IMG/VR virus record: IMGVR_UViG_3300033174_000005
Origin: a virus
Reading direction: 5' to 3' (one strand)
DNA length: 48,550 nucleotides
Positions 36,790 to 47,028 of this stretch are shown here, piece after piece; the first letter of the stretch is position 1, and each line of letters opens with the position of its first letter. A program made the position numbers and the translations under genes. Under the pieces are notes generated by a model. The model had not been told where the DNA came from, did not search any database, and saw only the letters and a list, made by a program, of their open reading frames with translations.

Positions 36790-37806
36790 TTAGTCTATAT
36801 TATATATTTGGTAGGATAATGTTGGAGCCACATCATACATGATACTGACCTGTCCAAGCCATCCGCTAGATGCGAAAGGTTTGGATTTACCTTCAGCAAT
36901 ATATGCCGGTGTCATAAAATCCTTAATAAATACATGTCTTTCATTGAACATTGCAAGGTCACGCTGGTTGTCAGTTGTAGTCATGTTAGGGTCTGCAATG
37001 ATTGGAATTTCACCCGTGTTACTTGCATAGGCAGGTACAGTTACACCGGCAGTGGTTTGTGTGGTGTTAACATATCTTTGGGTTGCCATCATATCTTGTT
37101 TTAACTGGTCTACAACATAATTACTAGTTAAAACAACTGTTGGGGGAGTTTTCTTAGTTTCTCTCATAACAGTTTCACCAGTGTTCAAATCTGCAACTGT
37201 TATTGCTGCTGTTGCTTTGTTAGAACGAGTACCGTTGGCAGTTATAAGGGTGTTTAACCCATCAAATTCATCAGTTCCGTCAGATGAACCAGATACTATG
37301 GTCTGGTTATATTCTTCCCTCAATGCTTCCTGTGCAAATGCGAAGAGTTGTGCTCTTGCACTGGATGAGGCACCCTTACCAATCATGTCAGACATGCTTA
37401 TAGGTAATGCCAAATATTTCATTGATGCGGTTGCGGTTCCAGTTGTTGCGGTTCCAGCCCCCTCTGTATCATCAGTTTCTCCAATCCATTCACCAGAAAA
37501 TCCGCTGGTAAATTGTATGTACTCTACTTCTGTGGTGTCATATGCTGCTCTTCGTCCTTTGCTTTCAAGATAGCTTAACATAGGAGTCATGTTGTAAAGT
37601 GTTCCTATATCATATATATTTGGGTCTAATCTGGTGGGGAAGTAGTTGGATGATGCCATTTGTTGTTTAAATTCATCTGCAACCATGCTTCTTATGTAAT
37701 CGTCTATGTCTTCTGTTCCTTCTTTTTTAAGGGCTTTGCTAGATAGTTCTATGTTTTTTACTTCAACAAGTTCTCTTAAATCTTGTACTGATACCATAAA
37801 AATCAC
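36790..37806 (-). CDS. Major capsid protein (HK97 fold)
   Basis: Follows the protease; WIGE, GS..GTDEFDGL, IPIIADPNM. Confidence 0.88.
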   Translation of the reverse strand: MIFMVSVQDLRELVEVKNIELSSKALKKEGTEDIDDYIRSMVADEFKQQMASSNYFPTRLDPNIYDIGTLYNMTPMLSYLESKGRRAAYDTTEVEYIQFTSGFSGEWIGETDDTEGAGTATTGTATASMKYLALPISMSDMIGKGASSSARAQLFAFAQEALREEYNQTIVSGSSDGTDEFDGLNTLITANGTRSNKATAAITVADLNTGETVMRETKKTPPTVVLTSNYVVDQLKQDMMATQRYVNTTQTTAGVTVPAYASNTGEIPIIADPNMTTTDNQRDLAMFNERHVFIKDFMTPAYIAEGKSKPFASSGWLGQVSIMYDVAPTLSYQIYNID

Positions 37807-37828
37807 CTTTTAATAAAAATAAGTATGT

Positions 37829-38893
37829 TTAAGCTCCTAATTTATTAATTAACTCATCTGGAGTGTATGCTTTCTGCACAATACCTCCAATATGGGCTGG
37901 AGCTTTTAAAGGGTCGGTAAATGATTGTCCTAATATTTTTTCTGGGACGGTTTCATCTTCTTTGACAACATCATCAATCTTGGTTTTGTCAGATTCTCTG
38001 ACGTGTTCACGGGATGTTCTCATCTCTTTTAGTGCTTCTCCCAGTTTTTCTTCAACTATTTGACCGGCTACTTTACCAACTTCTGTTAGTAATTCTTTTC
38101 TTTCGTCTTCTTTTGCTTGTTTAAGTTCAGCTTTTTCTTTAGCCTCTTTTTCGGCTTTTCTTTCATCAAGTATAGCTCTTAAACTTTCTTCTAATGGTTT
38201 AAAATCGTCTTTAGTTACATATTTTTCATCCAATTTAATGGATTCTACTATTTTGTTTTCTGGCATTTTATCTACCTCTTGATTAACATTTTCTAATTCA
38301 ACATCATTTTTTACAATAAAATCATCAAAATTAACATCGTGCTTTATAAATTGAGCTATCTGGCAAGATATAGGATCATTACAGGAATCTACCATTTTGG
38401 TTTTACCACGTGTCTCGGTAACCGCTGGTATTGGTGTGACACTGACCTCATAAAGCTCTAAATCCTTGATTTCAATGATATAATCATCATCTTCCTCAAT
38501 GAAACGAGCCTTTGTTATACGTCCTCCAATACTCATACCAAGTTTAAGCCCTTCATCTAACCAGTGAAGTATTTTTTCAAGTGCTTCATCTACAAGGGGT
38601 TTTCCAGTTAATTTAAACAACTGAAAAACTGGATTAAATTCATTATCAGACGATTCCTCGACTGATACGATTTGTCCATACACTTTGTCGGGGTTGTGGT
38701 TGAGAAATCCTGGGAGACCTACTGCCATCTCTTTCATTCGTTGTATTGCTGACATTAACATCCTATGACCAGTGGCAGATGTGTTTGTGGTGGACGCTAA
38801 ACCTGAAAGGTATTGTCGTCCATCCTCTTTATAATTCTGTTGCACTGGTACCGTGAATTTAAAAGGAATGTCAACATTTCTAAAATTAGACAT
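37829..38893 (-). CDS. Prohead protease with C-terminal scaffold region
   Basis: GLAST, FLNHN, GMSIGG, LYEVSVTPIPA; charged coiled-coil tail. Confidence 0.88.
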   Translation of the reverse strand: MSNFRNVDIPFKFTVPVQQNYKEDGRQYLSGLASTTNTSATGHRMLMSAIQRMKEMAVGLPGFLNHNPDKVYGQIVSVEESSDNEFNPVFQLFKLTGKPLVDEALEKILHWLDEGLKLGMSIGGRITKARFIEEDDDYIIEIKDLELYEVSVTPIPAVTETRGKTKMVDSCNDPISCQIAQFIKHDVNFDDFIVKNDVELENVNQEVDKMPENKIVESIKLDEKYVTKDDFKPLEESLRAILDERKAEKEAKEKAELKQAKEDERKELLTEVGKVAGQIVEEKLGEALKEMRTSREHVRESDKTKIDDVVKEDETVPEKILGQSFTDPLKAPAHIGGIVQKAYTPDELINKLGA

Positions 38894-39023
38894 AATAGGT
38901 ACCTCTGTCTTAATATTTCAAAAAAAATAGTTTTTGTGTGGTGTCTATCACTGGATTTGAACCAGTATAATTCACTATACCTTCGGTTGAAGGTATGAAA
39001 AGATAGACTTGTATAATAATTAA

Positions 39024-39953
39024 TTAATCAGTTTCAAAAGGAAAATGTGGAATAACTATTGGTAAAAACATATTACCCTCAAAAATAGGTATAAAAGTAC
39101 AACGACAATGACTATGGACAGGAATTTCCTCATCCGGGCCAATTTCATCAATATTATATACCAATCCATCACGTGGACGGCAAAGATGGCAAACACGACT
39201 ATCACGCCTTGTTACATGCATAACTTTATATATTCCCCCACTTCGCCAAGTATCTAATTTAGCTTGTTCAGTGATATAAGCAACCTCGGTTCGTGCAATA
39301 CGCTCATAAATCCAGCCAACCTTATCCATACTTGAACCGGGCTGAACACTGTTTTTCATTAACTTAGCAATCTTATCAATACTCCACCCTTTACGGTATC
39401 CTTCTCGGAGTATTGCCTCAAAAACAGGTCGATGTTTTTCACCCACAGTTTTCAGTGCAGGTAAGGTGTATTTTTCAACCCATGTGTGTACGGGCTCCCT
39501 TCTAATGTCAAAAACTGGTTTTAATGTTTCAGGTAATGGTTTGCCTCCACGCCGTACTATTTCATCATTCAATTTTTTGAAATATGTGTCTACTGCGTCC
39601 TCATAGGCTGTTTTCATAGCCCATTCATAATCATGTTTTTCCATTAAACTGTTAATTGCAGTTAAAAGCAGTCCAATAAATATAATGTCATCTGCATCTA
39701 ATTCATCATCATCCAGTGTTTGAATATACCTTTTTTCACGGTTGTACTGCCATTCATCAACTAACTCAATTATTCTTTCATATATTTCCAGTCTTAAAAT
39801 ATGGAACTGGTTAATATATTCCTTTATTTGCCTTTTTTTAACAGAATTATATGTATTATAAAGTTTGCGGTGTTCTTCATCCGAGAGATTACTGTAATCA
39901 TTCTCGGCACGGAAATCTTGGAGTGCATCATAAACTCTTCGTATCTTTAACAT
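39024..39953 (-). CDS. MuF / SPP1 gp7-like head morphogenesis protein
   Basis: ERIARTE, D.RVCHLC, PVHSHCRC. Confidence 0.88.
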   Translation of the reverse strand: MLKIRRVYDALQDFRAENDYSNLSDEEHRKLYNTYNSVKKRQIKEYINQFHILRLEIYERIIELVDEWQYNREKRYIQTLDDDELDADDIIFIGLLLTAINSLMEKHDYEWAMKTAYEDAVDTYFKKLNDEIVRRGGKPLPETLKPVFDIRREPVHTWVEKYTLPALKTVGEKHRPVFEAILREGYRKGWSIDKIAKLMKNSVQPGSSMDKVGWIYERIARTEVAYITEQAKLDTWRSGGIYKVMHVTRRDSRVCHLCRPRDGLVYNIDEIGPDEEIPVHSHCRCTFIPIFEGNMFLPIVIPHFPFETD

Positions 39954-39957
39954 AAAA

Positions 39958-41376
39958 CTATGATTCCTCGGCTAATATTCTTTCAATTTTTGATTCAAGA
40001 CGGTGTAGTGGGTCAAAATTTTGTGTTGCATTATTAGGGGCTAATGGTGTTGTACCATAACTTAATTGTCGTTGTTTTTCAATTAGTTCTATAGGAATGT
40101 ATGTGGCCTTAACAAGTGGTTGGTCAGCATATTCAAATGGATATGGAACATTACCATTAGCTACTCTTACCTCGTTAATGGTGACTTGTCCGCTCATAAT
40201 TTTTTTCTCATTTAAATCTACTAATCTCATTTCATCCTTTTTAGTGAGGTTTTTATAGGAAAGGTGAGTGTTTTTAATACCAGCAAGGTTTAAGAGTTTA
40301 CCATTAAATGGGCTGAGGTTCATCATACTCCAGTGTAGGAGTGTTTCATTCATTGTTTCGTCTTGAGATTCGCCTGTACCGGCACCTATGTTTCCTGTGT
40401 CTATTTGCATTATTTTTGCTGGTGGTACGTGGTATACTGCTGCAACGGCGTTGATATTGCTTTTTTCAATGTCTGGGGTGAGCATATCCCTGTTAGTGGC
40501 GCTTATGCTTTGGAAGTTTGCACCGTACATGACAAGATGGCCGGTTTCACCTTTTCGCTTCATTTCCTTAATATGTTCCTGCATCCGTTGTGTTTCAGTT
40601 TCAGCAGCTTTAGCAGATAATTTATCTGACAAACTGATTATACCCTTTAAACTATCGTTCTTGTAGAAGGATAGGTTGTGTTCCATAAGGCTTTCATCAA
40701 GCAAAACACGCATAAAAAGGCTGACAATTGGTGATAAACCTTTAAACATGCTGAAAGGGTTAGGATTGAAGCTATTTAGTAGGTTGGTTTCACTGTAAAC
40801 ATAATCTTTAACGGTATTAACAAAAACAATTCTTCCACTTTTTGTTTTTTCTGGTTTGATGTGGTGTGGTGGTACACGGTATAATGCTGCGGGGTATCCT
40901 GATTCATTATAACCTATTTCTACATGCCATCTTCCAGTTGTTAAAACATCCTTAGTTAATTGTAAATCAAAATCAAAATTAGATTGGTAAGGATTAGGTT
41001 CACGCATTAAACTATTAAGATATTCAATTTCACCCTTATCTGGGCGTAATGGGTCATTAGGAACTGCTACAAGTGGTGCGGCGGCGATGGGCATGGCAAT
41101 AGCATCAATAGCAGCACTAATATAAGGATTGGTCATTGCTATTTGGTAACAAGTCATAGAATCTAAGCCAAGATATGCGGCACGGAAATAATCACTTTTA
41201 TAGTAATTCATGAAATCTCCGAGGCTGTCAAAGCTCATATTACTAAAATTACTTAATGCATCTAAAAGGTCTTCTTGGCTCACTCCACTGGGTCGGGGTG
41301 TAAACACTCTTTTACCATTGTTTACCAATCCTCGCACTGCTTGTTTAATACTGTTTGTCATGTTCATAGTTATCAC
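39958..41376 (-). CDS. Portal protein (HK97-like)
   Basis: PNPYQS, GLSPI, VYHVPP, T.NEVR...G..PY. Confidence 0.9.
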   Translation of the reverse strand: MITMNMTNSIKQAVRGLVNNGKRVFTPRPSGVSQEDLLDALSNFSNMSFDSLGDFMNYYKSDYFRAAYLGLDSMTCYQIAMTNPYISAAIDAIAMPIAAAPLVAVPNDPLRPDKGEIEYLNSLMREPNPYQSNFDFDLQLTKDVLTTGRWHVEIGYNESGYPAALYRVPPHHIKPEKTKSGRIVFVNTVKDYVYSETNLLNSFNPNPFSMFKGLSPIVSLFMRVLLDESLMEHNLSFYKNDSLKGIISLSDKLSAKAAETETQRMQEHIKEMKRKGETGHLVMYGANFQSISATNRDMLTPDIEKSNINAVAAVYHVPPAKIMQIDTGNIGAGTGESQDETMNETLLHWSMMNLSPFNGKLLNLAGIKNTHLSYKNLTKKDEMRLVDLNEKKIMSGQVTINEVRVANGNVPYPFEYADQPLVKATYIPIELIEKQRQLSYGTTPLAPNNATQNFDPLHRLESKIERILAEES

Positions 41377-41433
41377 ATGTTCCCAATTACATTAAAAAAA
41401 TAAATAAATAAATAAAAATATAATAATAAAATT

Positions 41434-42696
41434 TTACCAGTACCCTACGCTTGTCACGAAAGGCTTAATTTTCTGACCCTCATCCACAGCATACCGGAGA
41501 GCATCAACAGGATGATCCTTATATTTCTTAGGTTTTTCAACACCCTTAAGTAAGGCTTTTTCATCCCAAACATAATTTTGAATTGCTTGTACAACATTAG
41601 GACATTCCTCGTGAACCATTAAATGTTTATCACGGAACAAGTCAGCCATACGATTAATACCAGTGTTCACATTAGGGTTGATCATAGTAGTTTCAAAACC
41701 ATCACGCTCAAACTGTTTATTTAAGCTTCGAGCATCATGTGGAACATTAATCACAGTATTACGGGGAATATTATCCATAAAAAGTTCCATTTTATTACTA
41801 AACTCCTTATCCGTTAATTGTGCCTTTTTTTCTTTAGCATTATGCACCCATTCTTTGAGGCAGTGATAAATAACATGTCCATTATCACCCTTGGTTTCAA
41901 CATATTTCAAACCCACAAGCACATAAACAGTTTCAGATGCTGTACCATAATCTAATCCTACCCGGAAACTGTCATAATTTTTATAATTCACTGGTTTGCG
42001 GAGGATGTGAACATCTTCACGGAACTGGGGAAATATACTACCCTCAGCGACAACCCATTTACCAAGAATGTCACGCTCATATTCCACACCTGTATGGGTT
42101 CTTTTAATACGTTCCTTATAGCTCTCAGTAAGAGTTAGGTTGTCATCTAAGCCAAAATGCCAAACCTTAATTTTACCAAGATTTATAAGTTCAGTGTTGG
42201 TGATAAAATCAGTGTAAATAAAATGGTAAGGCGAACCCGGGTTGCATGTCCAAAATTGTCGGTTGCCCTTTAAACTGCAACGGTCATCACAGAGTATAAC
42301 ACTTTTACGAGGGCTTGTGAGAATTTCATCAGCATACCATGAGTGAACAGTTAAACCCCTAACCTTATCTGCGCTTTGTTCATCATTTAAACCAATAACA
42401 TAAATTTCTTTATCATCCCACTCAATAATACCATCAATCTTTTTATAAACAACATCCTCACCATCCAACATCTTAAACAATGGATGTAAAACATTCCGAT
42501 AAATACTATCCCTTGTTCTCCCTGTGATAAGATGCTGATCATAAGGACTGTTTTTGACAAAAGTCATAAAAGCCACATTAGCCGCAATCGTCTTACCACT
42601 CCTTATACTGCCAGTGGCAATGTTAATCTCAGCCGTACTATTGGCAATAAAATCCAACTGCTTACGACTGAAAGGTTTATAATCAAAAGCAACCAT
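41434..42696 (-). CDS. terL: Terminase large subunit
   Basis: Walker A GSIRSGKT, RG...YADE, CNP..P.H, GLDYG, DHPVDALRY. Confidence 0.95.
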   Translation of the reverse strand: MVAFDYKPFSRKQLDFIANSTAEINIATGSIRSGKTIAANVAFMTFVKNSPYDQHLITGRTRDSIYRNVLHPLFKMLDGEDVVYKKIDGIIEWDDKEIYVIGLNDEQSADKVRGLTVHSWYADEILTSPRKSVILCDDRCSLKGNRQFWTCNPGSPYHFIYTDFITNTELINLGKIKVWHFGLDDNLTLTESYKERIKRTHTGVEYERDILGKWVVAEGSIFPQFREDVHILRKPVNYKNYDSFRVGLDYGTASETVYVLVGLKYVETKGDNGHVIYHCLKEWVHNAKEKKAQLTDKEFSNKMELFMDNIPRNTVINVPHDARSLNKQFERDGFETTMINPNVNTGINRMADLFRDKHLMVHEECPNVVQAIQNYVWDEKALLKGVEKPKKYKDHPVDALRYAVDEGQKIKPFVTSVGYW

Positions 42697-42771
42697 ATAA
42701 AAATCAGCTCATACACATAAATAAATAAATAAAAATATAAAAAGAGTTATACACAAAAATAAATAAGAAAA

Positions 42772-42849
42772 AGCCTGTTACCGAATTATGAACCACTGAA
42801 CAAAAATCCTTTACAAGGCGACGCTCTGGCCAAACTGAGCTAAACAGGC
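42772..42849 (-). tRNA. Degenerate tRNA-like gene, probably derived from tRNA-Thr(UGU)
   Basis: Perfect acceptor GCCTGTT/AACAGGC+T, D stem GCTC/GAGC, CTTGTAA loop; anticodon and T stems mispaired. Confidence 0.6.
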
Positions 42850-43005
42850 AAACACATCCATAAAAAAAAAATGGGGACATCCACAACACCCAAAACTCAG
42901 AGCTAAATGATTCAAGGCAGTGTGGGGGTTTTTTGCGCTTTTGGTTTTGGAATGAAGCTTTTTTATTTTTGTGAGGGGTGGTTAATTTTGTTGTTGTAGT
43001 GTGTT

Positions 43006-43035
43006 TTGTTCGTTATATTGTTGTTTAACGAAGTA
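43006..43035. promoter_or_regulatory. lox/dif-like palindrome, copy 3
   Basis: TTGTTCGTTATA-TTGTTG-TTTAACGAAGTA. Confidence 0.7.
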
Positions 43036-43421
43036 GAAAAGGAAAAATTATTGTTTGGATAATTGTTTTGTTTGTTTAAAAACGGTTTTAGAAATGTTGG
43101 TTAAGTTTATTGGGTGTGGAAATAGAGAATAAAAAATAAAAACAATATTTAAGTGTGTTATTAGGGGAAGGAAATAAAAAGAGGAATAAAAGAGATAGGT
43201 GTGATATGGGTTTGGTATTCATCATATAATATATAATAATATCATACATTTTGTTTAAGTGATAAAAAAGAAGTATATAATAAAACAAATTAATTAATTA
43301 AATTATAATCATTCAAACATAGTGTATTTGATACGTTACATCTACATCAACTACAATATATTTAGTAGTTAATGCAAAGAAATAAATCAAAAATAAAAGA
43401 AGCAACAAAAGCCTGGAAGAA

Positions 43422-44060
43422 TTATTTCTTAGAAAATTCAACGTCAATAACATCATCAGGTTTCTTAGAATCCTTTTTATGATTAGACTTTTGCACCTGA
43501 CCCTCAAGTCGCTTAGCGCTCAAGTCAATGGCTGCCTTCAATGCTTCAAAGCTGTTATCAGTACGCTTAATATGCTCAGTGGATTCACCAAGACTTAGAC
43601 GCTCATACCTCATCATCTTGTCCTTACATCTTGTTAATACATCAAGACAATAACTCAATTTACTTAATTCCAATTTATCCAAGGAATTATATATCTTTTC
43701 TTCAAACAGTTTAAGCTTGTCCTGGGCTTCTCTAACATCTTTCAAGTGTCTGGTTTTCATTTCAGTGATTGCAGCAGCTTCCGATTCAAAAAAGAGTGCT
43801 GTCATATAGTCATCGTAGGCGTGTGTTCTAGATGTCCATTTTTGTTGTGATGATATGGTGTAGAGTGATTTCTTTTTCAAACTTATATCTTTTTTTTTTA
43901 ATTTTTTGATGAGTGTGTCTAAACTTCGTGGAGGTGATAGTTGCAAATATTCTTGATAATATTGATAGTGTTTTTTAGGTTCGTTTGCTTGTTGTTCCCA
44001 GGGTTTGACTTCACCTTCATCTTGTACTTTTTCAATTTCATTAGTGTTAGTGGTGGTCAT
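43422..44060 (-). CDS. Putative terminase small subunit
   Basis: KPWEQQANE...Y..Y.QL.PPRSL, W..R..AYD and helical C-terminus; upstream of TerL. Confidence 0.75.
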   Translation of the reverse strand: MTTTNTNEIEKVQDEGEVKPWEQQANEPKKHYQYYQEYLQLSPPRSLDTLIKKLKKKDISLKKKSLYTISSQQKWTSRTHAYDDYMTALFFESEAAAITEMKTRHLKDVREAQDKLKLFEEKIYNSLDKLELSKLSYCLDVLTRCKDKMMRYERLSLGESTEHIKRTDNSFEALKAAIDLSAKRLEGQVQKSNHKKDSKKPDDVIDVEFSKK

Positions 44061-44190
44061 GGTTTTGTGTTCCTTGGGAATGTTTATGTGTATTACTTTT
44101 TGTGTGTGTATATATTATACGTGTATTTCAAGTGTAAAACGTGTTTTGTTATTACTTTTTGTTTTTTTAGTGTTATCCAAAACCGTAACC

Positions 44191-44395
44191 TTTATATAGT
44201 AGTAATACTTATTAGAGTATATTGTATTATATTTTCATTTATTTTTTTTATTTTTAGAGTAGCATAGTAGCATTATAGCATTACTATAGCATTATAGCAT
44301 TACTATGCTAATTTCAAGTGTAAAATTATATTCAGTATATTTTTTTATCAATAAAAACAATAACATTTATATAGTAGTATCAACATACTACTATA
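44191..44395. promoter_or_regulatory. Divergent control region with repeat arrays
   Basis: Duplicated TTTATATAGTAGTA (44191, 44366), TAGCAT array 44260..44310, 11-bp palindrome 44370..44395. Confidence 0.6.
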
Positions 44396-44419
44396 CAGGG
44401 AAGGTAAAACTTCTCAAGG

Positions 44420-44824
44420 TTGGTGAAAAAAATGATTGAAAAAAACGGTGCAAAATTTGAATTTGAAAAAATAAATGTGAATCTCGATGAAGAAATAAGC
44501 AAAGAACGAACAGAAGACAGAAATATAAAAACAGGAATAATAGATTTTGATATAACTATAATCCAAGTCGAAGAAAATGGGGACAAATTCTCATATGAAC
44601 TCAAAGGCAATATTGAAGTAGATGCAGACACTTCTGAACCTGAATTTTATGACGGAGTTCAGTATAGGCCTTATGTCACCCTGGTCTCAGGGGATATAGT
44701 GGACCGTGAATTCAACGGGATCATCAAAGATTTTTTCAATGAGGATTGTGATATTTGCAGTTTAGTTGCTGATCACTTATCTGACAATGAAACAGCAGAA
44801 TTAAACAAAATAATTGGAAATTAA
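44420..44824 (+). CDS. Acidic hypothetical protein
   Basis: 134 aa, followed by a terminator. Confidence 0.6.
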   Translation: MVKKMIEKNGAKFEFEKINVNLDEEISKERTEDRNIKTGIIDFDITIIQVEENGDKFSYELKGNIEVDADTSEPEFYDGVQYRPYVTLVSGDIVDREFNGIIKDFFNEDCDICSLVADHLSDNETAELNKIIGN

Positions 44825-44826
44825 AT

Positions 44827-44860
44827 AAGGATAAATAAAAAGATTTATCCTTGTTTTTTT
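44827..44860 (+). terminator. Hairpin plus T tract
   Basis: AAGGATAAAT-AAAAAG-ATTTATCCTT then GTTTTTTT. Confidence 0.65.
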
Positions 44861-44939
44861 GTATTTCAATTTACAGTGTTGTATCTGCTTGAAACACAAT
44901 ATTATAATTTAATTATATAATATATAAATGTGATGATTT

Positions 44940-45296
44940 GTGACATATAATGTATTAGATGATGCTAAAGACGATTTAACCGTAGTTTTATATGATATAA
45001 TTAATAACAAACACCCTAAACAGAAAACATTAGATCAGATTGAGTATGTGAAAGAAAGATTAGAAAAAGAGCTTGAAAAGGAGTTTAGCAGTGAAGAACT
45101 TGACACTTACGGTGCTGCCGACATAGCAGAAACCATAAAACTTATTGAGGATGTTCTACGGATTTACAGGACTGAAAAGGAGCAGATGAGTAGTGTTAAA
45201 ATCCGTGAATGTACAAAGATTAGGTTGAATCAGCATGGTTCAACTTACGATCGTGCAATTACTTTTTTGCTTGATTTTTTTGAAAATAATAAATAA
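44940..45296 (+). CDS. Hypothetical protein with C-terminal RHH-like DNA-binding segment
   Basis: SSVKIRECTKIRLNQHGSTYDRAITFLL resembles small archaeal antitoxin/RHH domains. Confidence 0.55.
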   Translation: MTYNVLDDAKDDLTVVLYDIINNKHPKQKTLDQIEYVKERLEKELEKEFSSEELDTYGAADIAETIKLIEDVLRIYRTEKEQMSSVKIRECTKIRLNQHGSTYDRAITFLLDFFENNK

Positions 45297-45798
45297 TTAT
45301 ATTTTTTTTCACTCTTTTTTTGTTGTAATTTGCACCCAACCTGTTGTAAAATAGTAACATTTATAAGGGGGCTGTGCACATATATTATAATGTCAAGGTA
45401 TTGAGACACCCTGACATAAATGTATATTGGAGTGAACAAAAAATGAAAAATGTAAAAAATGAAAGTGAAAATTTGAAGGAAAGATTTGAAAAATGTTTCA
45501 TCCGCAAACCCCCTGCAAGGGGTAAGGATTTGACTGGATATTTATATATGGAGGGTGTTGTATATGTTTAAGGGTGTTAAAATTGATTGGGTTTATATCT
45601 GCCCAATTGTGCCCTTTAATGAGTATGACCCGGATCTGGCTTTTGTGGATTTGGTTTTTATGGATCCCAGGGGGCTTCCAGAATGTTAAATGATTTATTA
45701 ACATTTTTCTTATTTGAATGTTTAGAAACCGGGGACGTGTTGGAAGTGGGTTTCCTTGGAACCCGTTTAATTGTTGAAAATAACAGTATAAATAAAAG

Positions 45799-45990
45799 AT
45801 GGTGGTTTTAATCATGAAATATGAAGACCTTAAAAATATGATAATGTTTAATAATAAAAACTGGAAAATACGGGGCGGAACGGTTTATCGTATGTTTTTA
45901 GGAGATGAAGACGCTTTATTATATGATGGAAGCCTTAAAAGGATGGGTTTTAAATATATAGAAGAACGGATCCAAATGGTTGGTGATTAG
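45799..45990 (+). CDS. Hypothetical protein
   Basis: In the plus-strand cluster; GGTGG RBS before MKYED. Confidence 0.5.
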   Translation: MVVLIMKYEDLKNMIMFNNKNWKIRGGTVYRMFLGDEDALLYDGSLKRMGFKYIEERIQMVGD

Positions 45991-45992
45991 GT

Positions 45993-46190
45993 ATGACTGA
46001 ATTCATTATTCACCCCCTCGGCTCTGATTTATGTCAAACCCTTGGAGTGAATGACATCAGGGGCAACTTCCACCCCTTAACCTTCAAAAGTTATGATCAG
46101 GCTTTTATGAGTGCGGAAGCCTTAAAATTAGAGGAGTACGCAATCACAGTGAAAAATGACGGGTGCTTGTTGGTGGAGGGGTTGAAATAA
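45993..46190 (+). CDS. Hypothetical protein
   Basis: GGTGA RBS. Confidence 0.55.
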   Translation: MTEFIIHPLGSDLCQTLGVNDIRGNFHPLTFKSYDQAFMSAEALKLEEYAITVKNDGCLLVEGLK

Positions 46191-46256
46191 CACTCTTCAT
46201 CTTTTCTTCTTTTTTTTACTCTTTTTTTTGTATCTTTTTTATGGGTTTGTTCTCCT

Positions 46257-46363
46257 CTATCCTATCTGCTATCCTATCCGCTATCGTTGGCGCTATCTTT
46301 TTACCTATCGCCCTGGCTTTCCTATCCCTATCCTATCGGCCCAGCTGTTGCTATCATCCTATC
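46257..46363 (+). repeat. Array of 12 CTATC pentamers
   Basis: Copies at 46257, 46262, 46269, 46274, 46281, 46293, 46305, 46322, 46328, 46333, 46351, 46359. Confidence 0.85.
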
Positions 46364-46547
46364 CCTATTGTTCTGGACAAGGAGGTGTACTTTTATTTTT
46401 ACTCTATTAGTTGAGTAATGTTTTATATGTGTTTACTCTATTTGGTAGGTAGGAATTATTATTACAATAAAAATGATAAATTTTACGTGTCATTTTTCGT
46501 GTTTTATTTAAACAATTCATGTCAAATAATTATAGGAGTGTGAATTT

Positions 46548-46709
46548 ATGAGTCGTGAAGGTAAAGGTGTTATCCACTGCACTATTGATAAAGAGTTTGT
46601 GGATATGTTTGATGAGTTATGTGAGGCTGATATGCGTAGCCGTAGTAATATGCTTTGTGTATTGATTAAGACGGAGTATGAAAGGTATAAAAACAAGGGC
46701 GGGGATTGA
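46548..46709 (+). CDS. CopG/Arc-like ribbon-helix-helix regulator (53 aa, not in ORF track)
   Basis: AGGAGTG RBS; VIHCTIDKEFVDMFDELCEADMRSRSNMLCVLI. Confidence 0.75.
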   Translation: MSREGKGVIHCTIDKEFVDMFDELCEADMRSRSNMLCVLIKTEYERYKNKGGD

Positions 46710-47028
46710 TTAAAAGATACACCCCCATGAGTTATATGTTTTTATATGTTTTGGTGTATATGTATCTATGTGTTTTTTGGGGGGAAAAACCATTTTTGTT
46801 TAAAGGTTTTCTGTGGAAAAACTGTTTTTTGGAATTGGGTTTTTCTATGGAAAAATGGTTTTGGAATCGGAAAAACCTAATTAAAAAATAGAAGTTGGTG
46901 ATAGAAGTTGGTGATATATCCAAAAAAAAATGGTTAAATAACTTATTTCGAAAAAAGAGTTATTTTAAAAGTTTAAAGAGGTTGTTGAAAGAGGTTGTTG
47001 ATAATTATAAAAAAAAAAGGGTTTTTTT

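Noticed and set aside
46163-46414. Plus-strand ORFs across the CTATC array
   Set aside because: Repeat-driven open frames without a convincing start context.
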